Source: an uncultured virus (IMG/VR IMGVR_UViG_3300028920_000028)
Taxonomy: Duplodnaviria > Heunggongvirae > Uroviricota > Caudoviricetes
IMG/VR virus record: IMGVR_UViG_3300028920_000028
Strand: one strand, 5' to 3'
DNA: 64,000 bases
In this document: piece after piece, positions 18,449 through 27,851 of the stretch
Position numbering within the stretch: the first letter of the stretch is position 1
How the letters are laid out: every line of letters begins with the position of its first letter
Program-made: the position numbers and the translations under genes
The notes under the pieces: generated by a model
What the model was told of the DNA's origin: nothing
Seen by the model: the letters and a program-made list of their open reading frames with translations, nothing else
Databases searched by the model: none

Positions 18449-19642
18449 GTGGACAGTATAATCTGGCTGGCGTTCGTGATACCCGTCGGGGGCGCCATCT
18501 TCATGCTGACCAACTTCAAGCGGAAGATGGCGTGGTGGGAGTACCTCACCCTGTTCCTCGCGCCCCTCGCATGCATGGCGGCCGCGTACATCATATCGGT
18601 GAGGGCCAGGACGACCGACACCGAGTATTGGAACTCGTACCTCACCAAGGCCGCGTACTACGAGGCGTGGGAGACGTGGGACGATGAGACATGCTACAGG
18701 GAGGTGTGCACGGGGTCGGGCGACAGCCGCTCGTGCCACACCGAGTCCTACGACTGCTCAAGCTGCGAGAGGCACTCGGCGTATTGGGAGGCCTACGACA
18801 ACATAGGCAAGTCCTACCGCATCACCCGGGCGCACTACGACGAACTGTGTAGGGATTGGGGCAACAGGTCCTTCCGGGACATGCGCCGCAGCATCAACCA
18901 TAGCGGCTTGTGCGGCAAGGACGGGGACGCCTACGACACCAAGTTCCCGGGCGACTTCGACCTCATACAGCCGGTGTGCGTGCAGCACAGGTACGAGAAC
19001 CGGGTGCAGTGCTCCAAGTCGGTGTTCAACTTCGAGCCGGTCGACAGCGCCGACAGCGCGCGGTACGGGTTGTTCAGGTATCCGAACTACGAGGCCATGG
19101 GCATCTTCAACTACAACCCCATGCAGGGGTGGGCTGGCCGCGAGGCCGTGGATCGCCTGCGGAGGTGGAACGCCAAGCTCGGATCCATGAAGCAGGTGCA
19201 CATGATGGTGCTGGTGTTCGTCGGCAAGCCCGTCGACGCGGCCATCCACCAGGAACGCCTTTGGGGGAGGGGCAACAAGAACGAGTTCACCCTGTGCATC
19301 GGCGTCAACAACCAGAAGGAAATCGATTGGGCCTACGTCATATCGTGGACGGACGAGGAGATGCTCAAGCAGGGTCTCGCGAACAAGGTGATGGAGATGC
19401 CGCTTGACATGCCGGCCATCGTGGACACCATGGCGATGCGCGTTCGCTCGCAGTACAGGCGCAAGGAGTTTGCCGACTTCAGCTATATCAAGGTTCGGCC
19501 CTCGGCCCGGGCGGTGGCGTGGACCTTCGTCATCACGCTCGTCGTGACCGTGGGGATATGCATCTTCTCCGCGATGAACAGATTCGACTTGGACGACCCG
19601 TCGGGCCGGGGCGGGAGATTGAGGGGTAGATTCTACAGATAG
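18449..19642 (+). CDS. membrane protein with Cys-rich extracytoplasmic domain
   Basis: Two N-terminal TMs, one C-terminal TM; CTGSGDSRSC; WGRGNKNE. Confidence 0.75.
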   Translation: MDSIIWLAFVIPVGGAIFMLTNFKRKMAWWEYLTLFLAPLACMAAAYIISVRARTTDTEYWNSYLTKAAYYEAWETWDDETCYREVCTGSGDSRSCHTESYDCSSCERHSAYWEAYDNIGKSYRITRAHYDELCRDWGNRSFRDMRRSINHSGLCGKDGDAYDTKFPGDFDLIQPVCVQHRYENRVQCSKSVFNFEPVDSADSARYGLFRYPNYEAMGIFNYNPMQGWAGREAVDRLRRWNAKLGSMKQVHMMVLVFVGKPVDAAIHQERLWGRGNKNEFTLCIGVNNQKEIDWAYVISWTDEEMLKQGLANKVMEMPLDMPAIVDTMAMRVRSQYRRKEFADFSYIKVRPSARAVAWTFVITLVVTVGICIFSAMNRFDLDDPSGRGGRLRGRFYR

Positions 19643-19648
19643 GAGTAC

Positions 19649-19814
19649 GGCCGTGCTACAGGGCTTTACCGATCTTACATGGGGTGCTCGTTCTGCCCCT
19701 GGGTGCCTGTCGCATTGGAAAAGGGTGAATTTCGCCACCTAACGGGACGTAGAGCATCCCTGTGTAGCGAACAGCCACCGACTGCTCAGCGTCGGCAAGA
19801 GCGGCAGCACGGCC
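19649..19814. ncRNA. structured ncRNA candidate A
   Basis: Terminal stem GGCCGTGCT/AGCACGGCC; inner stems TACAT-GGGGTGCTC/GAGCATCCC-T-GTGTA, CGTTCTG/CGGGACG, CCGAC/GTCGG. Confidence 0.55.
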
Positions 19815-19824
19815 CTATATCAAC

Positions 19825-19932
19825 GGTGTTGCTGCGGTCGAGAGGGATGGCAAGGACCTCCGGCCTGAGCCGTACCATGCTTGACCCACGGCAATAAGGT
19901 GGGCTATGATGACCGGCGCCGCAGTCAACACC
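19825..19932. ncRNA. structured ncRNA candidate B
   Basis: Terminal stem GGTGTTG-CTGCGG/CCGCAG-T-CAACACC; inner CCCAC/GTGGG, ATGG/CCAT. Confidence 0.5.
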
Positions 19933-19961
19933 CTTACGGAAATGAACCACGGAGTTCTCGC

Positions 19962-20273
19962 ATGAGCGATGTGAGGAAGGTGACCTTGGAGGAGTGGAGG
20001 GCCGAAGCCGAAAGGCTCTTCGGCAAGGATCCCATGAAGTGGAGATTCAAGTGCGTGAGCTGCGGACACGTGCAATGCGGGGAGGACTTCAAGGGGATCG
20101 TCGACAAACCGATGGATCACGTGTTCTACGACTGCATCGGACGTTACAAGGAAGGCGTGGGCTGCGACTGGACCCTCGGGGGCCTGCTCGGTATCCACAA
20201 GCTGGAGGTCGATCCCGGCGGCTCCCTCGACCCCATCCCCTCGTTCGAGTTCGCGGAGGAACAGGGTGCCTAG
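19962..20273 (+). CDS. VVA0879-like Zn-binding protein
   Basis: EW..EA.RLFG.D...W.FKC.SCGH.Q...CIGR....GCDW..GGL. Confidence 0.7.
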   Translation: MSDVRKVTLEEWRAEAERLFGKDPMKWRFKCVSCGHVQCGEDFKGIVDKPMDHVFYDCIGRYKEGVGCDWTLGGLLGIHKLEVDPGGSLDPIPSFEFAEEQGA

Positions 20274-20964
20274 ACCGAACACGATAATATTGGTGCGCCA
20301 CGGGCAGTCGGTCGGCAACGTCGACAAGTCCGTCTACGAACACACCCCCGACTGGCAGGTGCCACTCACCGACAAGGGGTACGAGCAGGCCATGCGCGCC
20401 GGTGACAGGGTGGCGAAGGCCATGTCGGATATACGTTATGAGCCCTCGTGGCTCACACACCGTGATCCTGCCATTTTCTACACGAGCCCGTGGCTCCGGG
20501 CGAGACAGACCTGTCAGACGATTCGAAGCCACATTTCCGGCTTGGTTAGCGAATGCAGGGTGCTGGAGGACCCCCGTCTCCGGGAACAGGAGTGGGGCAA
20601 CTACCAGGATCTCCCGTCCTTGAAGAGGGTGTGGAGGGAGCGGGACAAGTTCGGCAAGTTTTTCTATCGCATGCCGGACGGTGAGTCGGGCGCCGATGTG
20701 TACGACCGCGTTTCCACCTTCTTGGAGACATTGCACCGGGATTTCGGGAAGGTGGACTACCCCCGCAACTGCATAGTCGTCACGCACGGGCTGACCATGA
20801 GGGTGTTTCTCATGCGTTGGTTCCATTGGTCGGTGGAGGAGTACGACGCCCTCCGCAACCCGCCCAATGGCGGCATAGTCGTCATGCGGAAGGGTGGACT
20901 CGAAAGCTACTACCTGGAAACTAGGTTGAGGAAGCGCGCGCTTCCGTACGAGAAAAAGGGGTAG
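20266..20964 (+). CDS. histidine phosphatase (phosphoglycerate mutase family)
   Basis: LVRHGQS, SPWLRARQT, LREQEWG, GESGADVYDR, VTHG. Confidence 0.92.
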   Translation: MPRPNTIILVRHGQSVGNVDKSVYEHTPDWQVPLTDKGYEQAMRAGDRVAKAMSDIRYEPSWLTHRDPAIFYTSPWLRARQTCQTIRSHISGLVSECRVLEDPRLREQEWGNYQDLPSLKRVWRERDKFGKFFYRMPDGESGADVYDRVSTFLETLHRDFGKVDYPRNCIVVTHGLTMRVFLMRWFHWSVEEYDALRNPPNGGIVVMRKGGLESYYLETRLRKRALPYEKKG

Positions 20965-20966
20965 AC

Positions 20967-21506
20967 ATGGGACAGCTTGCATGGTGGGCAGGCACGCTCG
21001 TCTCCACCTGGCTGGTGCTGTACGTCATCGGGTACAGCCTGGACGCGTGGAGCACGACCAACGGGCCGCAGAAGTTCGCCTCTGTGGTAACGGCCATCTT
21101 CGGTGTGTTTTTTGCCCTGCTCACCCTCTTGACCGCCATCGAGGACTGCACGACGCAGTACTACACGGCCCGGACCGGAAGGCTCGTGGCGGTGAAGAAC
21201 AAGGACGGCACGGAGGGCACCTTCATATTCGGCTCCGGCAGCTTCGGTCAGAGCACGAAGTACCGTGTGTACGTGGAGAACGGCGGCGAGGTGTTCCAGC
21301 GGGAGTTCGACGGCCGCAGCACAGGCATAGCCGAGGACGCGCAGCCGAACGACGCCTATGTGGAGACGAAATACTCCGTGAAACGGGAGGGGAACAGCTG
21401 GGCAAGGAGGTACATGAACCCCTGCTGCGGGCCCAGGCCGATTGAGGAGGGCAACACGCTTCATGTCCCGAAAGGCACCGTGATCCAGCAATTCAAGGTG
21501 GAATGA
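20967..21506 (+). CDS. membrane protein
   Basis: Two TMs then a beta-rich domain. Confidence 0.7.
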   Translation: MGQLAWWAGTLVSTWLVLYVIGYSLDAWSTTNGPQKFASVVTAIFGVFFALLTLLTAIEDCTTQYYTARTGRLVAVKNKDGTEGTFIFGSGSFGQSTKYRVYVENGGEVFQREFDGRSTGIAEDAQPNDAYVETKYSVKREGNSWARRYMNPCCGPRPIEEGNTLHVPKGTVIQQFKVE

Positions 21507-21542
21507 CCCCGCGGCCGCGAAGGCCGTGCGGGTTGAGGCAGC

Positions 21543-22193
21543 ATGGAACAGGAGACGCCTATGGCATCGACCGACGCAGTCCCGAAGGGGGCCTATCCGG
21601 ACTTCCACAAGGGCATGATCGCCATGAGGTCGTGGCTGATAGGGAAGGGCTACAACCTCTCGCTGCGTGCCATGGCCCTCACCAGGAGGGTGCACACGGG
21701 CACCCGCAAGGACGGGGAGACGCCCGAGTTCCAGCACCAGATGGGCGTGACATACTACCTTCGCACCGTGCACACGCTGCTCATGCACCCCGACGAGACG
21801 ATAGCCGCCGGATTCCTCCACGACTCCACGGAGGACGGCCTCATCCGCCAGGACGACGTGGACGAGTTCGGGAGCCTCCTGGTCAGCGGGGGCGTGCGGT
21901 TCCTCAACAAGCGCGGCCGCACGAACGACGAGTATTACGAGGCCCTGTCGGCGAACGAGATAGCCTCGATCGTCAAGGCGGCCGACAGGATGCACAACCA
22001 CCAATCCATGGTGGGGGTGTTCTCGGAGGAGAAGCAGAGGCGCTACGTCGAGGAGACCACGGGCTACGTCCTTCCGATGCTGAAGCTGGCGCAGGAGGAG
22101 TGGCCAAGGCAGCACGACGCGTACGAGAACGCCAGGCACATATTGAAGTGCCAAGTGGATCTCGTCATGAGCATCAACGGGTGGGACAGATGA
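21543..22193 (+). CDS. HD-domain hydrolase, RelA/SpoT (small alarmone hydrolase)-like
   Basis: HTGTRKDGETP..H, FLHDSTED, VKAADRMHN. Confidence 0.82.
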   Translation: MEQETPMASTDAVPKGAYPDFHKGMIAMRSWLIGKGYNLSLRAMALTRRVHTGTRKDGETPEFQHQMGVTYYLRTVHTLLMHPDETIAAGFLHDSTEDGLIRQDDVDEFGSLLVSGGVRFLNKRGRTNDEYYEALSANEIASIVKAADRMHNHQSMVGVFSEEKQRRYVEETTGYVLPMLKLAQEEWPRQHDAYENARHILKCQVDLVMSINGWDR

Positions 22194-22645
22194 CAAAGAG
22201 AAGATCGAAAATGGCGGAGATACCCATCCCGGCGGACGCGGAGGTCGAGAGATTCGTCGATGGCTGCGTCGCCTGGGGCATGAAGCTGGAGTCGCTGAAC
22301 GAGCGCCTGCGCTGGCTGGCAGACAACGACTGGTGGCGCGACGACGCGAAGGCTGCGGGAGATCCCGACCGATACGACGGGGAGATCATCCGGACGCTAT
22401 CGACCATGCTCGGCATCCACCTCGCGCTGGACATCATCAAAGGCAAGCGGGATCCCGAAACCCTGCGCAGGTACACATTCAAGCTGAGATACCCCAAGAT
22501 CCCCAAGAAGATTCTCTATGAAAGGCTCGACGAGCTCTACATGGAGGCCCTCTGTGAGATACAAAACGAGGAGGATCGCAGGACCATAGGCCATCTTGGC
22601 CCCGCGAAGGCGAAGCGCCGCCGGAAGGGTCGCCGCGCCCGATGA
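22190..22645 (+). CDS. hypothetical protein
   Basis: ATGA overlap. Confidence 0.65.
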   Translation: MTKRRSKMAEIPIPADAEVERFVDGCVAWGMKLESLNERLRWLADNDWWRDDAKAAGDPDRYDGEIIRTLSTMLGIHLALDIIKGKRDPETLRRYTFKLRYPKIPKKILYERLDELYMEALCEIQNEEDRRTIGHLGPAKAKRRRKGRRAR

Positions 22646-23241
22646 GCCTCCGAGGGGATTTGACACGCAGCTTCAAGGCCGCCGACGGGTGCATGCAGGA
22701 CTTCCCCCCGTGGGAGCAGGACGCGAAGGGGGCGCTGTGCGATCCGCACGACGACAGGCCGCCGGAGAGGCACGAAGTGGCCCTCGCCTTGGTGCTGCAT
22801 TGGCTCCGGTCCCGGAAGAAGGACATAGCGTGGTGCATGGACATGGACTGCCGACCGGGGCCGTCCGGCCACATAAGGAAGGGGAAGGGCTGGTGGATGC
22901 CCGATCCGCACGAGGCGTGCCTCTGCCAGGTCACCATATCCAGGGGCGGCTATGACCGCGAGAAGGGGAAGACCGAGTGGAGCGTGAACCCGTTCGCGTG
23001 GTGGCACCACTGCAAGACCTACGAACACTGCCTGTTCCTTGTCAAGAACAAGAGGCTGCTGCGCTACCGCATGCCCCACGTGAACTTGGCGAACATCGCA
23101 TCGGTGGTCGAGAACAAGGCGATCCCGGCGCTGGCCAACACGAGGGATCCCCTCGCCAAGTGCTTCCTGCTGGATTGGATGGACGGAAAGGTGGATGACG
23201 ACATAGACACCAGATTGGGGGGTGGATCATGCTCGATATGA
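22642..23241 (+). CDS. hypothetical protein
   Basis: ATGA overlap; Trp/Cys-rich. Confidence 0.65.
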   Translation: MSLRGDLTRSFKAADGCMQDFPPWEQDAKGALCDPHDDRPPERHEVALALVLHWLRSRKKDIAWCMDMDCRPGPSGHIRKGKGWWMPDPHEACLCQVTISRGGYDREKGKTEWSVNPFAWWHHCKTYEHCLFLVKNKRLLRYRMPHVNLANIASVVENKAIPALANTRDPLAKCFLLDWMDGKVDDDIDTRLGGGSCSI

Positions 23242-23693
23242 GGATAGAGGTTGCGAAGGCGAGAAGGAAGTGCCGGAGGTGCGGCGGATTCATACCAAAG
23301 CACCACACGGCCCTGGTGAGGTGGGAGCCGAAGACGCTCCCGGACCGCACTGTCATGGAGAAGGCCAACTACTGCTCCAAGTGCGGGCTTGAGATATTGG
23401 ATGAGACCATCGCGTACATGAGATCCAACCTCGGCAGCCTCGCCGACCTGAGGGTGCGCTGCCAGATGGACTACGTGCCCGAGGACTATCGCCGTTCCAT
23501 CCATTATATTCAAGGGGTCGGCAGCGACACGAGACACATCCTGAAGGGCCGGGGCACCGAGAAGACGCTATGCGGGAGGAGCATCACAGGGGGGTTCGAC
23601 ACGGGCTGGACATCGCCGTCGCAGATGGCGAACGGCCACGGGGTGTGCCTGTCGTGCAGGCGCCGATGGTCAGCCGGGCGAAAGGCGACATGA
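23229..23693 (+). CDS. Zn-finger protein
   Basis: CRRC...CSKC and H...LCG...CLSC. Confidence 0.65.
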   Translation: MLDMRIEVAKARRKCRRCGGFIPKHHTALVRWEPKTLPDRTVMEKANYCSKCGLEILDETIAYMRSNLGSLADLRVRCQMDYVPEDYRRSIHYIQGVGSDTRHILKGRGTEKTLCGRSITGGFDTGWTSPSQMANGHGVCLSCRRRWSAGRKAT

Positions 23694-23742
23694 CCCGGAG
23701 GGGCGGCGGCACCCAGACGGGCAATCCGGAGCGGGGGGTACA

Positions 23743-24687
23743 TTGAAGACTATATACGGCGGTATACACATGAGCGCCGGGGTGGTCAAGTTCACGGACG
23801 AGTTCATCGACAGGCTCAGGCATCTGCGGATCCTGGTGCAGTCGCAGGCCGGGTTCATGATCGACGGCAAGGAGTGGTCGGAGAGCCTCTCCGTCGATGT
23901 GCACTACGGCGTCCGCGGCGGGCGAGGCCTCGCCAAATACATATCGGGCGACGAGCTCTCGGAGACATCGGTCCTCGTCAGAGTCACGGAGAGCGGCTGC
24001 TTCCCCTACAGTTACCACGAGGAGGGCCAGGACAGCGTCATGGGCGGCAACGCCCCGAGCCTCGAGGAGGCCCCCGACGTGTTCTTCTCGGAGGATTTGC
24101 TCGAGAGCGTAGCCTACCTGTCCAGCGGGGTGGAGATGATGTGCAGATACAACGAACTCGGGCCGCTGCTCGCAGAGATGCCGCCCGGGCACCGGCAACT
24201 GTTCGACGAGGCCGTGATGCGGGAGTTGGAGGGGGACTTCGACCATTACCGGGAGTCGTGGCTTCAATCCTTCGAAATCATCACACGGGTCGACATAGAC
24301 AAGCTGCGCGACCCGCAGACGGGCTATGTCAGCGTGGGCTACGACCCCGCCGGGGCTCCGGACGACGTCCTGGCAAGGCTCAAGGCCGCATTCGACGCCG
24401 CTCGAGGCCATCGGGACTGGACGAAGGGGCAGGAGCTGTTCGCCCTCACATCCCTGCCGACGAGGGACTCCCTCGAGGACATGTGCAGGGTGCACGGGCT
24501 GAGGTTCAACCACTGCGCCCTCGGACTCACCCCGCTTGAGAAGGCCTCGTGGTGCAAGTCCCGGGGCGTCAAGGCCTTCGTCGACCTTGACGACGAGGTC
24601 GGGAGGGCATTGGAAGGGACGGGCACCAAATTCATCAGCATGCGCGCCAAGCCGGTGGCCCCGGACGGGCGCCCGCAGGAAGGATAG
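23743..24687 (+). CDS. hypothetical protein
   Basis: Long ORF with GC3-rich codons; start TTG 23743 or ATG 23770. Confidence 0.7.
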   Translation: MKTIYGGIHMSAGVVKFTDEFIDRLRHLRILVQSQAGFMIDGKEWSESLSVDVHYGVRGGRGLAKYISGDELSETSVLVRVTESGCFPYSYHEEGQDSVMGGNAPSLEEAPDVFFSEDLLESVAYLSSGVEMMCRYNELGPLLAEMPPGHRQLFDEAVMRELEGDFDHYRESWLQSFEIITRVDIDKLRDPQTGYVSVGYDPAGAPDDVLARLKAAFDAARGHRDWTKGQELFALTSLPTRDSLEDMCRVHGLRFNHCALGLTPLEKASWCKSRGVKAFVDLDDEVGRALEGTGTKFISMRAKPVAPDGRPQEG

Positions 24688-24694
24688 CACGCAC

Positions 24695-24964
24695 ATGGCG
24701 AACGCGACTGCGTATAAGAGGGGACGGGAGGCGGCCCAGGCGATAATCCATATGGTGAACGACCTCGTGCACCCGCGCGACCGGGAGCCGTTTATGGACG
24801 CCGTCCGCACGGAAGTGCGCGAATGGTTCAGCAGACGGAGGGAGGAGCCGGAAAAGGCGGGCGGCGCGCCCCCTGCGCAGGCTGACGCGAGCCTCCGCAG
24901 CATCAACGTGGCCCTGAAAAACGGCCCCCGGCGCCGCGGAAGGAATTCGGCCAGAAAAACTTGA
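24695..24964 (+). CDS. hypothetical protein
   Basis: ORF in gap. Confidence 0.55.
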   Translation: MANATAYKRGREAAQAIIHMVNDLVHPRDREPFMDAVRTEVREWFSRRREEPEKAGGAPPAQADASLRSINVALKNGPRRRGRNSARKT

Positions 24965-24980
24965 CGAAACCGGGCCTTGT

Positions 24981-24992
24981 AAAAAGTATATT
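24981..24992 (+). promoter_or_regulatory. GTATATT-family promoter
   Basis: AAAAAGTATATT just upstream of the HNH start. Confidence 0.6.
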
Positions 24993-25002
24993 AGGGGCAT
25001 GG

Positions 25003-25824
25003 ATGAAGAAGGTTCAGTGGAGGACGGATTCAAACGGAAAAACGTGGAAAACGTGCACACGATGTGGCAAAGAGAAGGATCTTGATGACTTCGGCTTCCA
25101 TTCAAGCTGCACGCTTGGGAGAAATCCATGGTGTAGGGATTGCGTTCAAGGATACCATAGGGATCATGCCGACGCAATTTCACAGAAAGCCAAAGACAGA
25201 CACAGACGATTGCAGAAATCCGAGGCCTATAGAGAGTCCAACAGTTCGAGGGCTCGAAAGCACTACCAAAAGAATCGGAGTCGAAAGCTCGCATATGCCT
25301 CCAGATATAGGAGCGAGCCTGAAAACAAGAGGTGTCAATCCGAGTACTACAGGAAATACCGTGAGGATCGATTCGATGACATTGCCGCCTATCAACGCTC
25401 CTATGGCAAACGCAACCGTAAGAAACTCAACGAATACGAGAAAAACAGGAAGGCATCTGATCCTGTTTTCAAATTGAGAAGGGTTGTAAGTTCGACCGTT
25501 TCTGGAAATCTGAAGAGAAGGGGTGAATCCAAGGGTGGGAGGACCTTCGAGAAGATTGGATATACCCCTCAAGACTTGAGGAAGCATCTTGAGGATCTGT
25601 TCACTCCCGAAATGTCTTGGTCCAACTACGGGTCGTATTGGTCAATCGATCATGTAGTTCCACAGAAAGAGTTCCCGTACAGGGATTTGGACGACCCTTT
25701 GTTTAAGGAATGTTGGAAGCTGTCCAATTTGAGGCCTTTACCAAATACGGACAACTTTCGAAAAGGAGCTAGGAAACATGGCTACGTTGAGGGCCAAGAA
25801 AGTCAAGAGTGCAACCGTCGGTGA
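25003..25824 (+). CDS. HNH-type homing endonuclease
   Basis: CTRC...CRDC, basic linker, MSWSNYGSYWSIDHVVP...CWKLSNLRPL...NFRKG; AT-richer than flanks. Confidence 0.85.
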   Translation: MKKVQWRTDSNGKTWKTCTRCGKEKDLDDFGFHSSCTLGRNPWCRDCVQGYHRDHADAISQKAKDRHRRLQKSEAYRESNSSRARKHYQKNRSRKLAYASRYRSEPENKRCQSEYYRKYREDRFDDIAAYQRSYGKRNRKKLNEYEKNRKASDPVFKLRRVVSSTVSGNLKRRGESKGGRTFEKIGYTPQDLRKHLEDLFTPEMSWSNYGSYWSIDHVVPQKEFPYRDLDDPLFKECWKLSNLRPLPNTDNFRKGARKHGYVEGQESQECNRR

Positions 25825-27181
25825 CTTCACGGAGACATTGAACTATCATGTGATGCACCAAGCCAATGTCGGTAAAAACTCGAATAAATTCTACTGCGTC
25901 GAGCTACAGAGATCCCCGTCCTCCGGCGCCTACCGCATATTTACCCATTACGGTCGACTTGGGATCACGGATGTCTTCGAGATTCGGGACGAACTAGGCG
26001 GCCGTCCCATAACCGACGAGGATTTCGCCAGAAAACAGTTCGAGGCCATTCACAAGAAGAAACTTCGCGGCAAGAGGGACAAGGAATCCGGCGAGATGCT
26101 GTCCTACGTCGACGTGGACGTGGTCAGCCCGTCGGTCGGAAGCGAAAACATCCGGGGGAAGGCGGAGAAGACCGTCACGGTCAAGACCGCAATCGACACC
26201 ACCAGTTCCGACCCCCGGGTGTCCAAGCTCCTCGACCAGCTCGTGGACGAGAACGTGCACAACGTGACGTCGAAGACGAGCATCAAGTTCACCGCCAACG
26301 GGTTCGCCACGGAGCTCGGGCCGGTCACCCCGCAGCACGTGGCCAAGGCCAGGGTCGCGCTCGACGTGGTCAACTCCTTCATAGGCCGCGACGGCGCCGA
26401 CGGGGACAACCCCGACGTCCAGAGGGCCAACAGCGAGTACTTCTCGCTGATACCCAAGCCCTTCAGCCGGAAGATAACCGCCGACGACATGATCCTGGAC
26501 TCGAACGCCGTGCTCGCCGAGTACGATGTGCTCGACCAGCTCGCGACCGGCGTCCAGATGGGGTCAGCCATGAGCGGAAACACCAACCAGAGGCTGACCG
26601 CCTTGGGCACGGAGGTGTCGTGGCTCCCCGACGAGAACGAGGTCAAGCGCATCAAGAGGTACATCCGCAACAGCCGGGCGTCCAACCACAGCGGCGACAT
26701 CCGCCGCTACGAGCCGGTGGCCATCTACGCCGTACGGATACCGGAGGAGCGCGCCAGGTACGAGCGCGCCGCGAAGAAGTACGGGAACACGCAGGAGGTG
26801 TTCCACGGATCGGCGAACTGCAACCTCCTGAGCATACTCAAGGGCGGCCTGATCGTCCCCCCGAGCACCGCCGGCCACGTGACCGGGCGCATGTTCGGGA
26901 ACGGCCTATACGGGGCCATCAACTCTACCAAGTCGCTCAACTACAGCGTGGGCTACTGGGGCGCCAAAAGGAGCAGCTACCGGAACGCCTTCCTGTTCCT
27001 GGCCGACTTCGCCATGGGCCGAACCGAGAAAGTCTACCACTCGCAGGGGCGCGGGGCGAGCCGCGGCTACGACAGCATATGGGCCAAGAAGGGCCAGTCC
27101 CTGTACAACGACGAACTGATCGTGTTCAACCTGGCGCAGTGCACCTTGAAGTTCCTCGTGGAATTGAGAATAGGGCGATGA
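25778..27181 (+). CDS. WGR-domain poly/mono(ADP-ribose) polymerase (PARP)
   Basis: NSNKFY...YGRLG (WGR), NSEYFSLIP (regulatory), FHGS...GRMFGNGLYGA..STKSLNY...NDELIVF (H-Y-E triad). Confidence 0.9.
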   Translation: MATLRAKKVKSATVGDFTETLNYHVMHQANVGKNSNKFYCVELQRSPSSGAYRIFTHYGRLGITDVFEIRDELGGRPITDEDFARKQFEAIHKKKLRGKRDKESGEMLSYVDVDVVSPSVGSENIRGKAEKTVTVKTAIDTTSSDPRVSKLLDQLVDENVHNVTSKTSIKFTANGFATELGPVTPQHVAKARVALDVVNSFIGRDGADGDNPDVQRANSEYFSLIPKPFSRKITADDMILDSNAVLAEYDVLDQLATGVQMGSAMSGNTNQRLTALGTEVSWLPDENEVKRIKRYIRNSRASNHSGDIRRYEPVAIYAVRIPEERARYERAAKKYGNTQEVFHGSANCNLLSILKGGLIVPPSTAGHVTGRMFGNGLYGAINSTKSLNYSVGYWGAKRSSYRNAFLFLADFAMGRTEKVYHSQGRGASRGYDSIWAKKGQSLYNDELIVFNLAQCTLKFLVELRIGR

Positions 27182-27621
27182 TGATACTTGCCATCATCTT
27201 CATGGCCATTTTCCTGGCGGTCGTCATCACGATGCTGTTATGGGGGTTCAAGCCCGATGCGATAGTCCTCACGGCCTTCTTCTCCGCGGTTCTTATCACC
27301 GGCGCCGTGGGGGTTGCAGGGACGCGGATAGGTATGCACAACAGGTATCCCATGGACGTGATAGTCACGCACCCCTTCGACTCCGTGTCGGCCGACCTGT
27401 CGGTGGGGTACGGCAGCGACGGCAACGCCATGTCCATACCAGCAGGGGCCCGGGGGTTGTGCTCCGACACCTGCAGGCTCGTCATACTCAGCAAGTGCCT
27501 GTTTTGGAGGCGTGGGTGGTGGTCGGGCATCGACCTGAACCAGATCTCCCAAAGCCACCCCGAGAGGGTGGAGGTAAGGACGCTCCTGTACACGAATAGG
27601 GGATCCCCGTGCCAGCGGTAG
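27178..27621 (+). CDS. membrane protein
   Basis: Two N-terminal TMs; ATGA overlap. Confidence 0.65.
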   Translation: MMILAIIFMAIFLAVVITMLLWGFKPDAIVLTAFFSAVLITGAVGVAGTRIGMHNRYPMDVIVTHPFDSVSADLSVGYGSDGNAMSIPAGARGLCSDTCRLVILSKCLFWRRGWWSGIDLNQISQSHPERVEVRTLLYTNRGSPCQR

Positions 27622-27851
27622 AATGCCTCAACTGCGGCGGCCTGACCAACACCGCCTTCGCGGATTGGCTGAACTGCAAGAAGAACAAAGGCGCGTCCCC
27701 GTGGCCCAAGTACGCCAACAGGTGCTACCAGAAGTGGGTGGACGGCGAGTGGGTGCCGGGGTGCGCCGCAGACGAGATGGCGCCCGAGCAGGCCACCCTC
27801 GCGCGGAAACTGAACGAGAAAAGCAGGCGAGAGAAGAGGGGCCGTAAATGA
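27609..27851 (+). CDS. small Cys-containing protein
   Basis: CLNC...C..W..GC. Confidence 0.6.
   Translation: MPAVECLNCGGLTNTAFADWLNCKKNKGASPWPKYANRCYQKWVDGEWVPGCAADEMAPEQATLARKLNEKSRREKRGRK

Noticed and set aside
19643..19961. tRNA, tmRNA, SRP, hammerhead or SAM riboswitch in the gap; ORFs 19679-19897 and the 19881 extension
   Set aside because: No T-loop GTTC/CCA, CTGATGA/GAAA core or complete riboswitch consensus was found; the ORFs lack an RBS and typical codon bias
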